Below are positions 1 to 10,307 of a stretch of 64,000 nt of DNA, one piece after another. How positions within the stretch are numbered: the stretch's first letter is position 1; each line of letters begins with the position of its first letter. The translations under genes were made by a program, and so were the position numbers. Origin of the DNA: an uncultured Chloroflexia bacterium (GTDB lineage Bacteria; Chloroflexota; Dehalococcoidia; Dehalococcoidales; UBA2162). Location: contig CAVUYC010000012.1 in the NCBI GenBank assembly GCA_963745605.1, positions 63,050 to 127,049 on the forward strand, written 5' to 3'. The notes beneath the pieces were generated by a model. That model saw only the letters and a program-made list of their open reading frames with translations, made no database searches and was not told where the DNA came from.

Positions 1-1258
1 CGGCAAGAAAGGGCTTTTTTCTGCTTGCGTCCAAATGATACATATGACTGATCGCCTCTTCAGGCGTTGATCCGTTCTGCGATGGGCCTCGCCCAGGCAT
101 ACCCATTATCGCTATCAGCAAGTCAAAACCAGGGTCGTTCGCCATCATTTCCAGAATCAGCCCCACCGAGAAGCTCTCATCTTCCCGGATCGAAATATCG
201 GCCGGATTGCTCAGCCAATCCCAGACTGAGACGCCTTTCTTCTTAAGGACATCACGAAACGCGCTGGACAATGGAGGCACCTGAAGCCCGGACTGCTCAC
301 ACTGATCGGCTGCAAGCACACTCGAGCCACCGGCTCCCCCGGCGACTCCGACGCGATTCCCTTGGAAGGATGGTAGAAAATTGAAAGCGGCCGCCACGTC
401 CATGAGTTGCTCGATACTATCCACGGAAACCGCGTGCGCCTGGGCTAACATCGCCTCAAAGACGCGAGACGCTCCTGCAAGAGATGCAGTGTGGGACGCC
501 GTGGCACGCGCCCCTGCCTCCCCTCGCCCTCCTTTCAGGACAATTACCGGCTTAATCGCGGTTGCCTTCTGCAGCGCCTTGAAGAACTTGCGGCCCGCTT
601 TGATTCCCTCGATATACATCATGATGACCTTCGTATCGCTGTCGCAGGTCAGGTACTCGAGAAAGTCCACTTCGTTCAGATCGACGGCATTACCGTAGCT
701 AAAGACCTTGCTATAGAACATCCCGCGAAGTGGTCCGGCAAGCACGATCTCCCGTGCCAGCATTCCGCTTTGAGAGATGAGACCTACCGGGCCAGACTCC
801 TTGGGAAAGTCCGCGTGGAATGCCATGCCCCCTTTCGGATAATAGACGCCCATACAATTCGGGCCAATAAGCCTGAATCCGTGTCTCTTGGCTATCGCCA
901 AGATCCTCTTTTCCAGATCAATCGCTTCTTGTCGTCCCGTCTCGCTGAGTCGGGCGGTAAAAAGGTGTACCGTCTTCACCTGTTTTTCAGACGCTTCTTC
1001 AAGCATCTTGGGGACTTCAGAGGCAGGCACGCTGGATATCACGTAGTCCACAGTCTCAGGGATGTCTCTGAGGGACACGTAGGATTTTAGCCCCTGTATC
1101 TCAGGGTATTTGGGATTCACCGGGAAGACTTTGCCCTTATAACCAAACTGGGTCAGGCCTGCCACAAACCCTCCACCACCCCAGCCTTCGCTCCTGGTCG
1201 CTCCCACGACCGCCACTGAGCGGGAGTGAAGGACTTGTTCAATAGGGTTAACTGACAT
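1..1258 (-). CDS. ADP-forming acetyl-CoA synthetase-like / CoA-binding domain protein (first ~419 codons; 3' end beyond window start)
   Basis: Absent from ORF track because it runs off the edge. Manual minus-strand translation from ATG at 1258 stays open to nt 1: MSVNPIEQVLHSRSVAVVGATRSEGWGGGGF...LIGPNCMGVYYP...ISQSGMLA...VLKGGRGEAGARATASHTASLAG, the CoA-binding plus succinyl-CoA-synthetase-like domain pattern. Confidence 0.75.
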   Translation of the reverse strand, partial: MSVNPIEQVLHSRSVAVVGATRSEGWGGGGFVAGLTQFGYKGKVFPVNPKYPEIQGLKSYVSLRDIPETVDYVISSVPASEVPKMLEEASEKQVKTVHLFTARLSETGRQEAIDLEKRILAIAKRHGFRLIGPNCMGVYYPKGGMAFHADFPKESGPVGLISQSGMLAREIVLAGPLRGMFYSKVFSYGNAVDLNEVDFLEYLTCDSDTKVIMMYIEGIKAGRKFFKALQKATAIKPVIVLKGGRGEAGARATASHTASLAGASRVFEAMLAQAHAVSVDSIEQLMDVAAAFNFLPSFQGNRVGVAGGAGGSSVLAADQCEQSGLQVPPLSSAFRDVLKKKGVSVWDWLSNPADISIREDESFSVGLILEMMANDPGFDLLIAIMGMPGRGPSQNGSTPEEAISHMYHLDASRKKPFLA

Positions 1259-1403
1259 GGACACCGACCTCCAGGACACACATTCTGGCATTATATTCCG
1301 CTGGCTAAATCAAGGGCAACAGAAGATCACCGATTCCGGGGCGCCTCTGACGAGAGGACTAGCGCGTTTGCGGACGGCTGTCGTTGTGGCTTAGATTGTA
1401 CCG

Positions 1404-2084
1404 GTGAAGAGCGAAACCACGCGAGGCGTCGCAGAGACAATCGGGATAGTCGTGGCCCGCTTCGCCGTGGCTTACGGCACCGAACACTGGCATCCCGGCG
1501 GCGATCCGATCTCCACCCTGATAGAGACAGTCCTTTCTCAGAATACGTCTGATATCAACTCTCGCCGGGCGTTCCTTTCGCTTAGAAGGGCATTCCCGAG
1601 TTGGGAAGACGTTGCCTCGGCAGACTCGTCTTCTATCTCGAACGCAATCAGAGAGGGGGGATTGGCGCAGATCAAAGGGCTCAGAATCAAACAACTCCTC
1701 AACAAAATCAAAGATTTGCGGGGCCACCTTTCTCTCGATTTTTTGCGGGAACTTTCCGTCGCAGAGGCCGGAGCATGGCTCAAAGCGTTGCCCGGAGTAG
1801 GAGACAAGACGGCTGCTTGTGTTCTCCTTTTCTCCTTGGGAAAGCCCGTATTACCCGTGGATACGCATATTCTAAGAGTATCCAAACGGCTTGGGCTCAT
1901 CGGCGACCGAGCATCAGCCGATGAAGCACATATCGCGCTGCAAAGACTAGTCCCGGACTCGCTTGTATTCGATTTCCACGTGCTCACGATCGAGCACGGC
2001 CGTCGCACATGCAAATCCAGACATCCCTCTTGCACTCGATGCGCGGTCTCCGACCTTTGTCCATCTTGCTGCAAGATATCGTGA
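1404..2084 (+). CDS. nth: endonuclease III (HhH-GPD DNA glycosylase/AP lyase)
   Basis: 226-aa ORF with HhH-GPD motif (LPGVGDKTAACVLLFSLGKPVLPVDTHILRV) and C-terminal 4Fe-4S ladder CKSRHPSCTRCAVSDLC; GTG start. Confidence 0.85.
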   Translation: MKSETTRGVAETIGIVVARFAVAYGTEHWHPGGDPISTLIETVLSQNTSDINSRRAFLSLRRAFPSWEDVASADSSSISNAIREGGLAQIKGLRIKQLLNKIKDLRGHLSLDFLRELSVAEAGAWLKALPGVGDKTAACVLLFSLGKPVLPVDTHILRVSKRLGLIGDRASADEAHIALQRLVPDSLVFDFHVLTIEHGRRTCKSRHPSCTRCAVSDLCPSCCKIS

Positions 2085-2147
2085 ATTCCCATGCGGATGG
2101 CTCTTAACCGTCCCCTTCGAACTGACCTTGAATAATTCCCCAACGCA

Positions 2148-2681
2148 GTGGCACTGTGTTACAATCTCCGCTCAGGTGGCGCAATGGAAGAAAAAGGCCG
2201 ATGGTCAGGGATTTCAGGCGACCCCGCATTCACTTTGTGGAGGATTCTTGACCACGCGCGGTTCATGATTGCACGTTCGCGGGAGAAGGAGCTATCCGCC
2301 TATGGCCTCACGCCGGAACAGTCGCATGTTCTGGATGTTCTGATGGAGAGTGGAGGGTCCACCACCATAAATCAGTTGGTCCAAATCACCCAAAGGCAAC
2401 ATCATTCGATTTCGACTCTTATAGACCGCATGACCAAGCAAGGACTTGTCAGCAAGTCCAAAGGCGGCAGTGACAAACGGCGCTATGAGGTGGCGATCAC
2501 TACCAAAGGAAGGGAGTTGGCCCGCAGGATGAGCCGCCATTCCATAGAGGAGATTTTCTCGTGTCTATCTCCTGAGGAAATGACCGAAATGAGGGACGGC
2601 CTTCGGAGGCTGACTAGAAGAGCCTACGATGTTCTGCATCTCGACCCATCCGAACACGAAAGGGACGGGAACAGAGACTAG
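2148..2681 (+). CDS. MarR-family transcriptional regulator
   Basis: Winged-helix MarR pattern (LTPEQSHVLDVLMESGGSTTINQLVQITQRQHHSISTLIDRMTKQGLVSKSK..DKRRYEVAITTKGREL); alternative start ATG at 2184. Confidence 0.8.
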   Translation: MALCYNLRSGGAMEEKGRWSGISGDPAFTLWRILDHARFMIARSREKELSAYGLTPEQSHVLDVLMESGGSTTINQLVQITQRQHHSISTLIDRMTKQGLVSKSKGGSDKRRYEVAITTKGRELARRMSRHSIEEIFSCLSPEEMTEMRDGLRRLTRRAYDVLHLDPSEHERDGNRD

Positions 2682-2747
2682 CACAGATCAACGAACCTGT
2701 TAATGTCGAGGTCAGCTGACCTCGACGATTCGCCATCTGCCGCTTTG

Positions 2748-5318
2748 TCAATTGACCTCGACGGTCGAACCGTTGGGAGTCTTGATCACATCGATCCTCA
2801 CCGGGAAAGCATCGCGAAAGTCGTCCATATGCGTGATAACCAGTATCTTTTCAAAGCTCTCCTGAATCGAAGTGATGGCCTCTTTGACTTTTTCCATCCC
2901 ATTGGAATCCTGGGTCCCGAATCCTTCGTCAATGATCAACGTCGGAAGAGGAGCGCCGGCGCGTCTGGCCAGCATCTTCGACAGGGCTATCCTGACAGCA
3001 AAGTTGATCCTGAACGCCTCGCCACCACTGAACATCTCATAGCTGCGCGTGCCGAGCTCGTCTGAGATGTTGATATCGAGCGTCTCGAGGACATCTCCCC
3101 TCTTCGTCTCTCTCTGCGTCTCAAATCTCAGATGCATGCGGCTATCGGTCATTTTCGCCAAAAGAGTGTTGGCCTCTTCCTCGATTTCGGGTACAGCGGT
3201 CTCGATCAGGAGAGCCTGCACTCCCTTTTTCCCGAAAGCTTCGGCTAGCTCGCGATAGAGGGCCTCCTCCGTTGCCACAACAGACAGAACTCCTTCTCTT
3301 TCTTTCTTGAGGACTTCAAGCTGCTGGCAGCGCCTTACTCGTTCTCTTACTCTGCCCAACGCTTCCTGAGCTCTCCTGTGGCTATCGGCAAGATCAATAC
3401 GATGAGCCTCGGCGCTGGAAAGGTCTTCAGTTGCCGCCCGCAGCACCTGCAGTTCTGAGAGAAGATCGACTCTGGATTGCCTCAAGCCAACAATCGCAGC
3501 CCCAAGTTCCCCGGCCGCCTGTTGTCCCTTTGAGACGCTGTCCCTTGACTGTTCAACGAGTCGCAGGGCTTCGTCTAATCTTCGCTTGGCCGACTCGACC
3601 GGTTCCAGTTTGCCGATTTCGGCCCTTAGGCCCTCGTGGGCACCGGGGTCGTAACCGAGAGATATCAGGCTTTGGTCGAGCTCACGGATTTCCTCCTGCT
3701 CGACGGTCGCATAGTCTTTGCCCGACAGCTTCTCCTCCAGCTCCGACAGAGTCTCCCTTTCCTTCTCAACAGCAGCAGATGCAGAACGGGCACCGGCAAG
3801 TTCACTTTCAAGCAGGCCAATTCGAACCGACTGTGCGCTCTTGGTCTTCGCCACTTCGGATTCAGCGTCGCCGATCTGTCTCTCAAGCTGCAACAGCTGT
3901 CCCTTCTTGATGCGCAACCTCGCCGAGACAGACTCGGATAGATCAACCGCGGCGAGCTTCTCCTGGACATATTTACTGTGAATTACGACAAGGTGGTCCC
4001 CCGTCAACTCTTGCTCGCATAGGGGGCATTTTGCCTGGGGATTTGATTTGAGCAAGTCCAACTTCTCTTCAGTCATCGCAACGACGCCGTCAGACCTCAA
4101 CTTGTCTGCTTCCAGCATACGAATCTCAGCCAGTGCCATCTGGTGGTCATTCTTCTGCGATGCCACAGATTGTTCAAGACGCGCCGTTTCTTCAAGTCCA
4201 GATCGCTCTTCTTTGAGCTGATCCTCGATTATTGCTGTCCTTGCGGCTTTGCCTTCCAACTCCTCAACTCTTGCAGACAGGACCTTGTGTTCGGTCAACA
4301 CAGTTTGCCCCGCCCTTTGTACTGCCATGTCCAGCAAGTGTCGGCGTTGATTAAGGGCCGATGCGAGTCGAAGTCTCTGGTTATAGTCCTCGCTCTTCTT
4401 TCTTAGTTCCACAAGCTTCCCGTATTGTTCATCGATCGCCGACTGGTTGGCGATCACCTGCTCAAATTCTTGCACCCTCTGCTGACTGGCCTTAATCTGC
4501 CCCACCCAACGCTCCAGGTCTCTTGAAGCCTGAGTGATCTGCTCCTCGATTTGGGATGTCTGCTGCTGCTTGACTCTGAGCGATTCTCGGTTCTCCCGCA
4601 TCAATCGAAGGACGGACTCACACTCTGCGATACCTTGTTCGATCGCCTTCAATCGTTCCTCCACGGCGACCAGTTCGGCTTCGTAGGACGCCTTCTGTGC
4701 AAGCTCGACCCCGAATTCACGTATTGCGTTCTCGGCGACAGCCTTTTCAGAGGCACGCCGGACGGCCATTTGTCTTGCACCAATTTCAAGGCGATCGTAT
4801 TCAGAAAGCCCCAGTATGTTGGTGAGGACAGCCTTTCTCTCTGCCGGTGTCGAAACGGTGAATTGATCGGCGTGACCCTGGCGCAAGAAGGCACTGTTGA
4901 TGAAGGTCTCGTAGTCCATATGAAGGATATCAACGATCTTCTTCTCCGTCTGACCGATGCTGTCGCCCGTGATAGGCCTGAAATGACCTTCGTCTGATAT
5001 CTGAAGCTCGAGGGCACCTTGCCCGGAGGACCGCTGTGTCTTTGCCTTGGACCGTTTGCGCAACACGCGATAGGTCTGTCTTCCGACAGCAAAGTCGAAT
5101 TTGACCTCCATCGAGGACTCGCCCTGTCGTATCAGTTCATCATCTGATTTCGCCCTCGTCTTTCCCCACAACGCCCAGGTGATCGCATCGATGATCGAGG
5201 ACTTGCCGCTGCCGTTCTCCCCGCAGATGCTTGCGACGTGTATGCCAGCGAAGCTGAGAGTGGGAACGTTCTCGCCGAAGGGCATGAAATTCGAGAGAGT
5301 AAGGCTGACTGGAATCAT
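2748..5318 (-). CDS. sbcC: SbcC/Rad50-family DNA repair ATPase
   Basis: 856 aa; N-terminal Walker A GENGSGKSS, long coiled coil with central zinc hook CPLC, C-terminal signature FSGGE and Walker B LIIDEGFG. Confidence 0.85.
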   Translation of the reverse strand: MIPVSLTLSNFMPFGENVPTLSFAGIHVASICGENGSGKSSIIDAITWALWGKTRAKSDDELIRQGESSMEVKFDFAVGRQTYRVLRKRSKAKTQRSSGQGALELQISDEGHFRPITGDSIGQTEKKIVDILHMDYETFINSAFLRQGHADQFTVSTPAERKAVLTNILGLSEYDRLEIGARQMAVRRASEKAVAENAIREFGVELAQKASYEAELVAVEERLKAIEQGIAECESVLRLMRENRESLRVKQQQTSQIEEQITQASRDLERWVGQIKASQQRVQEFEQVIANQSAIDEQYGKLVELRKKSEDYNQRLRLASALNQRRHLLDMAVQRAGQTVLTEHKVLSARVEELEGKAARTAIIEDQLKEERSGLEETARLEQSVASQKNDHQMALAEIRMLEADKLRSDGVVAMTEEKLDLLKSNPQAKCPLCEQELTGDHLVVIHSKYVQEKLAAVDLSESVSARLRIKKGQLLQLERQIGDAESEVAKTKSAQSVRIGLLESELAGARSASAAVEKERETLSELEEKLSGKDYATVEQEEIRELDQSLISLGYDPGAHEGLRAEIGKLEPVESAKRRLDEALRLVEQSRDSVSKGQQAAGELGAAIVGLRQSRVDLLSELQVLRAATEDLSSAEAHRIDLADSHRRAQEALGRVRERVRRCQQLEVLKKEREGVLSVVATEEALYRELAEAFGKKGVQALLIETAVPEIEEEANTLLAKMTDSRMHLRFETQRETKRGDVLETLDINISDELGTRSYEMFSGGEAFRINFAVRIALSKMLARRAGAPLPTLIIDEGFGTQDSNGMEKVKEAITSIQESFEKILVITHMDDFRDAFPVRIDVIKTPNGSTVEVN

Positions 5319-5327
5319 AGATGGCCC

Positions 5328-5336
5328 ATTTTAGCA
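5328..5336 (-). promoter_or_regulatory. possible extended -10 element (TGcTAAAAT) giving a near-leaderless sbcC mRNA
   Basis: Sense strand reads caTGCTAAAATgggccatctATG; only 9 nt between -10 and ATG, no Shine-Dalgarno. Confidence 0.3.
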
Positions 5337-5400
5337 TGCCTTAGACGCGACACAGTATCCTTCGAGACCGCCGGGCTGAACTCAACCGTTGCACGTACAA

Positions 5401-5439
5401 GAAAACAACGAGGGCCATCCCTGTGTGGGATGGCCCTCG
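5401..5439 (-). terminator. rho-independent terminator after rpsI
   Basis: Perfect 13-bp stem CGAGGGCCATCCC / GGGATGGCCCTCG (5409-5421 / 5427-5439), 5-nt loop, followed on the minus strand by TTGTTTTC. Confidence 0.8.
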
Positions 5440-5458
5440 AGACAAATCAAGATCGGGA

Positions 5459-5851
5459 TTAGCGCTTTGGGGATTGAGCAGCTTTACGGGCACGCTTGAG
5501 CCCGACCTTCTTACGCTCCTTGGCCCTCGCATCCCGCGTCAAAAGTTTCTGCGCACGAAGAGTTGTTCTCAGGTTTGCGTCTGTTTCGACCAGCGCCCTG
5601 GATATTCCGTGCGCTATTGCAGTAGCCTGCCCTGACACACCTCCACCATGCACCTTCACAGAGACGTCAAATTTGTCCTGTGTCTGTGCCACGGCCATGG
5701 GCTTGTTGACCTCGTTCTGGTTCACCTGTCGGGGGAAAAACTCATCGTAGGGTTTGCCGTTCACAACTATAGAGCCGCCTCCCGGCGTCAGGCGCACCTG
5801 TGCGACGGCTGTCTTTCTTCTACCGGTACCGGTTACGTATGACTTATCCAA
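5459..5851 (-). CDS. rpsI: 30S ribosomal protein S9
   Basis: 130 aa, HGGGVSGQATAIAHGISRAL and C-terminal ...KAAQSPKR; follows rplM. Confidence 0.95.
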   Translation of the reverse strand: MDKSYVTGTGRRKTAVAQVRLTPGGGSIVVNGKPYDEFFPRQVNQNEVNKPMAVAQTQDKFDVSVKVHGGGVSGQATAIAHGISRALVETDANLRTTLRAQKLLTRDARAKERKKVGLKRARKAAQSPKR

Positions 5852-5871
5852 AGATATCTCCTCGCCTTAGC

Positions 5872-6324
5872 CTACACTTCTTTGACAGCCCGGGCTGGCT
5901 CATGCGCCTTTTCTTTGACCTGACCCATGTACGGGTGTTCGTCGCCATCGAAGACCTTCAGTCTCTCCATCATCCGGTCTTCGAGTCGGTTCTTAGGAAG
6001 CATCCCTCGTACAGCGTGCTGAATCGCCTTCCGAGGATCCTCTTCCATAACCTCCCCAAGACTGGTTTGCTTGAAACCTCCAGGATAATGGGAGTGACTG
6101 TAGTACATCTTCTGCTTCAACTTGTCGCCGGTCACGCGCACTTTGCCAGCGTTGATAACGACAACGTTGTCGCCCACATCCAGATGCCTGCAGAAGATGG
6201 CTTTGTGCTTTCCCATAAGCAGATTGGCTGCTTGCGTGGCAACTCCGCCCAGGACCTGACCCGAGGCATCTATAACATGCCACTCGCGCTTGATATCGCT
6301 TTCTTTAGTGCTGTACGTCTTCAT
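5872..6324 (-). CDS. rplM: 50S ribosomal protein L13
   Basis: MKTYSTKESDIKREWHVIDASGQVLGGVATQAANLLMGKHK...; ATG at 6324 preceded by GGAAGGA; the longer ORF-track N-terminus (to 6402) overlaps truA and is rejected. Confidence 0.93.
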   Translation of the reverse strand: MKTYSTKESDIKREWHVIDASGQVLGGVATQAANLLMGKHKAIFCRHLDVGDNVVVINAGKVRVTGDKLKQKMYYSHSHYPGGFKQTSLGEVMEEDPRKAIQHAVRGMLPKNRLEDRMMERLKVFDGDEHPYMGQVKEKAHEPARAVKEV

Positions 6325-7126
6325 AGGTTCCTTCCTCATCGAAGCGAGGGTAGTTAACCCTAACCAGGCGCAGACCGCAGGCGGGAGCCTTAGGGCCGCC
6401 AAGCCCGGGGATTTTCCGCTCCATTATATTACGAAAGTCAGCCACGCTCATCTTGTCCAGCCCAACCTGGACCAGCGCGCCGACCGTGTTCCTAATCTGG
6501 TGGATCAGAAACGAGTTCGCCTCCATTGTGAAGACTATCGTTCCCCCCACTTCGGCAACCGAGGCACTCCGGACCCGACGGACGGTGCTTCTGGACGTCT
6601 TACTCGTGAACGAGGCAAAGTCGTGCTCTCCGACCAATGATTGGCTTGCCAGGTCCATAAGACAGACGTCGAGAAGTCCTCTAACCACCCAGGCGAACCG
6701 CTCCGCAACCGGAGACCTCGTCTGGCTAACGATCATCCGATACTCATAGATCCGACCTATCGCGGAACGCTGCACATGGAACCCGTCCGCGGGCACGAAG
6801 GCAGACTTAATCGCTATGTCCTTAGGCAGGAAATGATTCAAACCGTCGACAAACGTTCTTGCCGGTAGCACGGAACCCGTCCTGAACGAAACCACTTGGC
6901 CCAATGCGTGAACACCCGCATCAGTCCGGCTTGCCGCTACGACCCGCACGCTCTCGCCCGTCAAACGGAATATTGCCTTCTCGAGTTCTCGCTGTACCGT
7001 CCCTCGATCATCCTGCCACTGAAATCCGAAATACCTCGTCCCGTCGTACTCTACGACCAAGGCGAGGCGATTTGTGACAGGCGGAGTCAAAGGAGCGACC
7101 TCAGGAAGGCACAACGCGGATAGCAT
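6305..7126 (-). CDS. truA: tRNA pseudouridine(38-40) synthase TruA
   Basis: 273 aa; LALVVEYDGTRYFGFQWQ and catalytic-Asp motif SRTDAGVHALGQV; ATG overlaps rplQ stop (TAATG). Confidence 0.9.
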   Translation of the reverse strand: MLSALCLPEVAPLTPPVTNRLALVVEYDGTRYFGFQWQDDRGTVQRELEKAIFRLTGESVRVVAASRTDAGVHALGQVVSFRTGSVLPARTFVDGLNHFLPKDIAIKSAFVPADGFHVQRSAIGRIYEYRMIVSQTRSPVAERFAWVVRGLLDVCLMDLASQSLVGEHDFASFTSKTSRSTVRRVRSASVAEVGGTIVFTMEANSFLIHQIRNTVGALVQVGLDKMSVADFRNIMERKIPGLGGPKAPACGLRLVRVNYPRFDEEGTYEDVQH

Positions 7127-7479
7127 TATTTCACCAGTTCTAACAGCACCATCGGAGCAGCATCACCGGCACGGTTTCCCACCTTGGCTATTCTTACATA
7201 GCCCCCTGGTCTGTCGGCATATCTCTTCGCCAGATCTGAAAAGATCTTTTCAGTTACGTCTTTGTCGAAAATATATGCCAGCGCTTGGCGCCTGTGATGC
7301 AAAGTGCCTTTCTTACCCAGGGTGATCATCTCCTCCGCTATGCCGCGTATGGCTTTGCCCCTGGCTTCAGTAGTCTGAATCTTCTCGTACCCAATCAAGT
7401 CAGTAACCAAATTGCGGTACATCGCCCTCTTGTAACTCGAGGTTTGTCCTTTTCTTCTCTGGTCAGTTCTTCGCCCCAT
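7126..7479 (-). CDS. rplQ: 50S ribosomal protein L17
   Basis: 117 aa, [12 protein letters not shown]...[28 protein letters not shown]; follows rpoA. Confidence 0.95.
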   Translation of the reverse strand: MGRRTDQRRKGQTSSYKRAMYRNLVTDLIGYEKIQTTEARGKAIRGIAEEMITLGKKGTLHHRRQALAYIFDKDVTEKIFSDLAKRYADRPGGYVRIAKVGNRAGDAAPMVLLELVK

Positions 7480-7490
7480 GTGAATATCCT

Positions 7491-8421
7491 TTAGCCAGGT
7501 AGATGAAGCCCCAATGTCTCGAGGCGCTCCTCCAACTCCTGTTTAGATTTGATACCGAAATTCCGCAGCGACATCAGCTCTTTTTCGCTCTTGGACATCA
7601 ACTCCCCTACGGTATTGATGTTGCCACGCCTCAGACAATTCAAAGTACGTACGGACAGGTTAAGCTGCTCCACGGGCATCTTTGCTAGTCCCTCATCGAT
7701 AGCAGGCAGCGCGAACTCTTTCTCTCCAGGCTGTACCGAAACATGGCTAAGGTTAGCCAGAGGTGACAGCTGCGAAATCAGTATGTCTGCGGCCGAAGAG
7801 ACAGCTTCGGCAGGAGTCACCGTCCCATCAGTCCACACCTCTAAGACAAGGCGTTCATGACCTGTCTCCTGCCCCACATGGATTGGCTCAACAGTAAAAT
7901 TCACCTTGCGAATCGGGGTGAAAATAGCATCAACAGGGATCGTCCCCACAGGCAGATTCCCACTGGACTCGGCCTCGCGATACCCACGTGCAAGCTCTAC
8001 GTCAAATTCCACGTTGAGCCAGCGCGTCCTCGGAATCGAGATTCGCCAGGTAAAGATCCGGATTGGCAATCTCGAAATCCGCTGAAGGGCGAATATCCGC
8101 CGCCGTTATAGCCCGCTCGCCTTCAACATCCAGCATCAGCTTGCCGGACTGCCCGCTAACCGGCTTGATTCTCAACGCCTTCACGTTCAGCAAAAACTCA
8201 GTAGTATCCTCTTTCACATGTGGAATTGTGGAGAACTCATGGTGAATGCCGTCGATTCTCACGCGGGTAACAGCCGCTCCCTCAAGAAAGCCCAGGAGAA
8301 CCCGGCGCATCGAGTTTCCAATAGTGACGCTAAATCCCTTCTCAATCGGTTCGACGGAGAAGCGGCCGTAGTTATCTCTGGTTTCGACAGTCTCCACCTT
8401 AGAGACTATTAGGTCAGACAC
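7491..8421 (-). CDS. rpoA: DNA-directed RNA polymerase subunit alpha, interrupted by an apparent 1-nt insertion (two overlapping ORFs 8002..8421 and 7491..8069)
   Basis: N-terminal [46 protein letters not shown]... and C-terminal ORF ...[17 protein letters not shown]...[18 protein letters not shown]... are both RpoA; they join if one nt is skipped at about 8016-8025. Confidence 0.9.
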
Positions 8422-8430
8422 AGTCCCTCC

Positions 8431-9051
8431 TTACCGGGAATAGTATTCCACTATTGCCTTGGATTCGTATTTTGCTTCGGCATCCTGCGGCGTCGGCAAA
8501 GAGACCACAGTGGCGACAAGTTTCTGCCTGTCAAGGGTCAACCATCCCGGAACCGACTTGCCCTTGATACTCTCAGTCAATTGCTTGCGGTATTCGGTCT
8601 TCTCCTTGTTCGGCTTCCAGCTTATCGCGTCCCCCGCTTTGAGCAAAACGGAGGGTATGTCGTTGGGATGATCATTCAGCATCAAATGGCCATGCCTGAC
8701 CAACTGTCGTGCCTGAGACCTGGAGTCGGCAAACCCTAAACGATACACAACATTGTCGAATCTACGCTCCAGCAGCACTTGAAGTGCATCCCCGGTTACC
8801 GGGGCTTTCTCTGCTTCTTCGTACAGGCCGCGGAACTGGCGTTCAAGGACTCCATAGATCCAACGAGCCTTCTGCTTTTCTCGAAGCTGTAGACCGCGAT
8901 CGGACACCTTGGTCCTCCGGTGGCTATGTTGCCCGGGCGGCTTTGGCCTGCGATCGATCGTACACTTGCTAAAGCACTTCATGCCTTTCAGGAACAACTT
9001 ATCGCCACTCCGACGGCACAGCCGGCATACAGGACCTGTATATCTTGCCAT
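8431..9051 (-). CDS. rpsD: 30S ribosomal protein S4
   Basis: 206 aa, MARYTGPVCRLCRRSGDKLFLKG... plus S4 RNA-binding domain. Confidence 0.95.
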   Translation of the reverse strand: MARYTGPVCRLCRRSGDKLFLKGMKCFSKCTIDRRPKPPGQHSHRRTKVSDRGLQLREKQKARWIYGVLERQFRGLYEEAEKAPVTGDALQVLLERRFDNVVYRLGFADSRSQARQLVRHGHLMLNDHPNDIPSVLLKAGDAISWKPNKEKTEYRKQLTESIKGKSVPGWLTLDRQKLVATVVSLPTPQDAEAKYESKAIVEYYSR

Positions 9052-9058
9052 ATGTTTC

Positions 9059-9457
9059 CTACACTCTCCTTCTCTTCGGAGGCCGGCACCCGTTATGCGG
9101 AATCGGCGTGACGTCCGTAATGCTCGTTATGTACAGGCCCGAATTCTGAAGAGAGCGTATTGCAGCTTCGCGTCCGCTACCAGGGCCTTTCACGAAGATC
9201 TCGATTTGCCGCAGGCCAAACTCCATCGCTTTTCGAGCGGCTTCCCGGGCGGCCAATTGGGCAGCATACGGAGTCCCTTTACGAGACCCCTTGAACCCGG
9301 CCGTCCCGCAGCTTCCCCATGACAGCACGTTTCCTCGCGGATCGGTCAAAGTAACCATCGTGTTATTAAAGGTAGACTGTATGTAAGCCCTACCTGTAGT
9401 GATTCCCTTCTTTTCCTGTTTCTTGGCTCGAGGTTTACGTCGTTCTTTTTCCGGCAT
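9059..9457 (-). CDS. rpsK: 30S ribosomal protein S11
   Basis: 132 aa, [18 protein letters not shown]...[14 protein letters not shown]...[11 protein letters not shown]. Confidence 0.95.
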   Translation of the reverse strand: MPEKERRKPRAKKQEKKGITTGRAYIQSTFNNTMVTLTDPRGNVLSWGSCGTAGFKGSRKGTPYAAQLAAREAARKAMEFGLRQIEIFVKGPGSGREAAIRSLQNSGLYITSITDVTPIPHNGCRPPKRRRV

Positions 9458-9540
9458 TATGTTCTCCTATATACTTGCCGCCTCGCTCAACAGACTATGA
9501 AGCGCAACGCGCTTCTATCGCGCATGAGGCGTGTCGGGCG

Positions 9541-9930
9541 TTACTTCTTTGACGAGCCGCGCTTTCTGCCGCGCCCGGCTACCGTCTTCTTGGCGCCCCT
9601 CTGCGTTCTGGCGTTAGTGCGGGTCCGCTGACCACGCGAAGGCAGATTCCTGCGATGCCTGAGACCACGATATGAGCCTATCTCTATCAGGCGTTTAATA
9701 TCTTGGTTGATCTCGCGGCGCAACTCGCCTTCAACACGAAATCCTTTATCAATAATCTCGCGAATGCGGTTTACTTCCTGTTCGTTGAGCGAATCGCTGT
9801 TCGCATCAGGATCTATTCCGGCTTGCGCGAGAATCTGGAGGCTATTGGTTGGGCCAATGCCATAAATGTATCTCAGCGCCACGCCGATATGTTTGTTTCT
9901 GGGCAGATCAACCCCGGCGATACGTGCCAT
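9541..9930 (-). CDS. rpsM: 30S ribosomal protein S13
   Basis: 129 aa, [26 protein letters not shown]... Confidence 0.95.
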   Translation of the reverse strand: MARIAGVDLPRNKHIGVALRYIYGIGPTNSLQILAQAGIDPDANSDSLNEQEVNRIREIIDKGFRVEGELRREINQDIKRLIEIGSYRGLRHRRNLPSRGQRTRTNARTQRGAKKTVAGRGRKRGSSKK

Positions 9931-9945
9931 CGTTCTCCTCCTGCC

Positions 9946-10059
9946 TTACCCCTGCCTCTGTTTATGCTTTGGGTTGGAGCAAATAACCCGGACGACTCCC
10001 CGCCGCCGGATAATCTTGCATTTTTCACACCTTGGCTTTACGGACGCTCTTACTTTCAT
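9946..10059 (-). CDS. rpmJ: 50S ribosomal protein L36 (zinc-binding form)
   Basis: Below ORF-track cutoff. Manual translation: [37 protein letters not shown]; sits between infA and rpsM as expected. Confidence 0.93.
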   Translation of the reverse strand: MKVRASVKPRCEKCKIIRRRGVVRVICSNPKHKQRQG

Positions 10060-10080
10060 CTTAAGCTACCTGAAAATACG

Positions 10081-10299
10081 TTATTTAAAACGATACGTGA
10101 TTCTGCCACGAGTCAGGTCATACGGCGACAACTCCACCAGCACCCTGTCTCCAGGCAGTATCTTTATATAATGCAGTCTAATCTTACCAGATATGTGGGC
10201 CAGTACCTTATGCCCGTTCGCCAACTCGACGCGAAACATAGCATTCGGTAATGGCTCGGCCACTACCCCTTCCACCTCGATCGTCTCTTTTTTTGCCAT
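10081..10299 (-). CDS. infA: translation initiation factor IF-1
   Basis: [72 protein letters not shown]; in the ORF track it is fused in frame to the upstream map ORF. Confidence 0.93.
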   Translation of the reverse strand: MAKKETIEVEGVVAEPLPNAMFRVELANGHKVLAHISGKIRLHYIKILPGDRVLVELSPYDLTRGRITYRFK

Positions 10300-10307
10300 A
10301 ATCCTCG

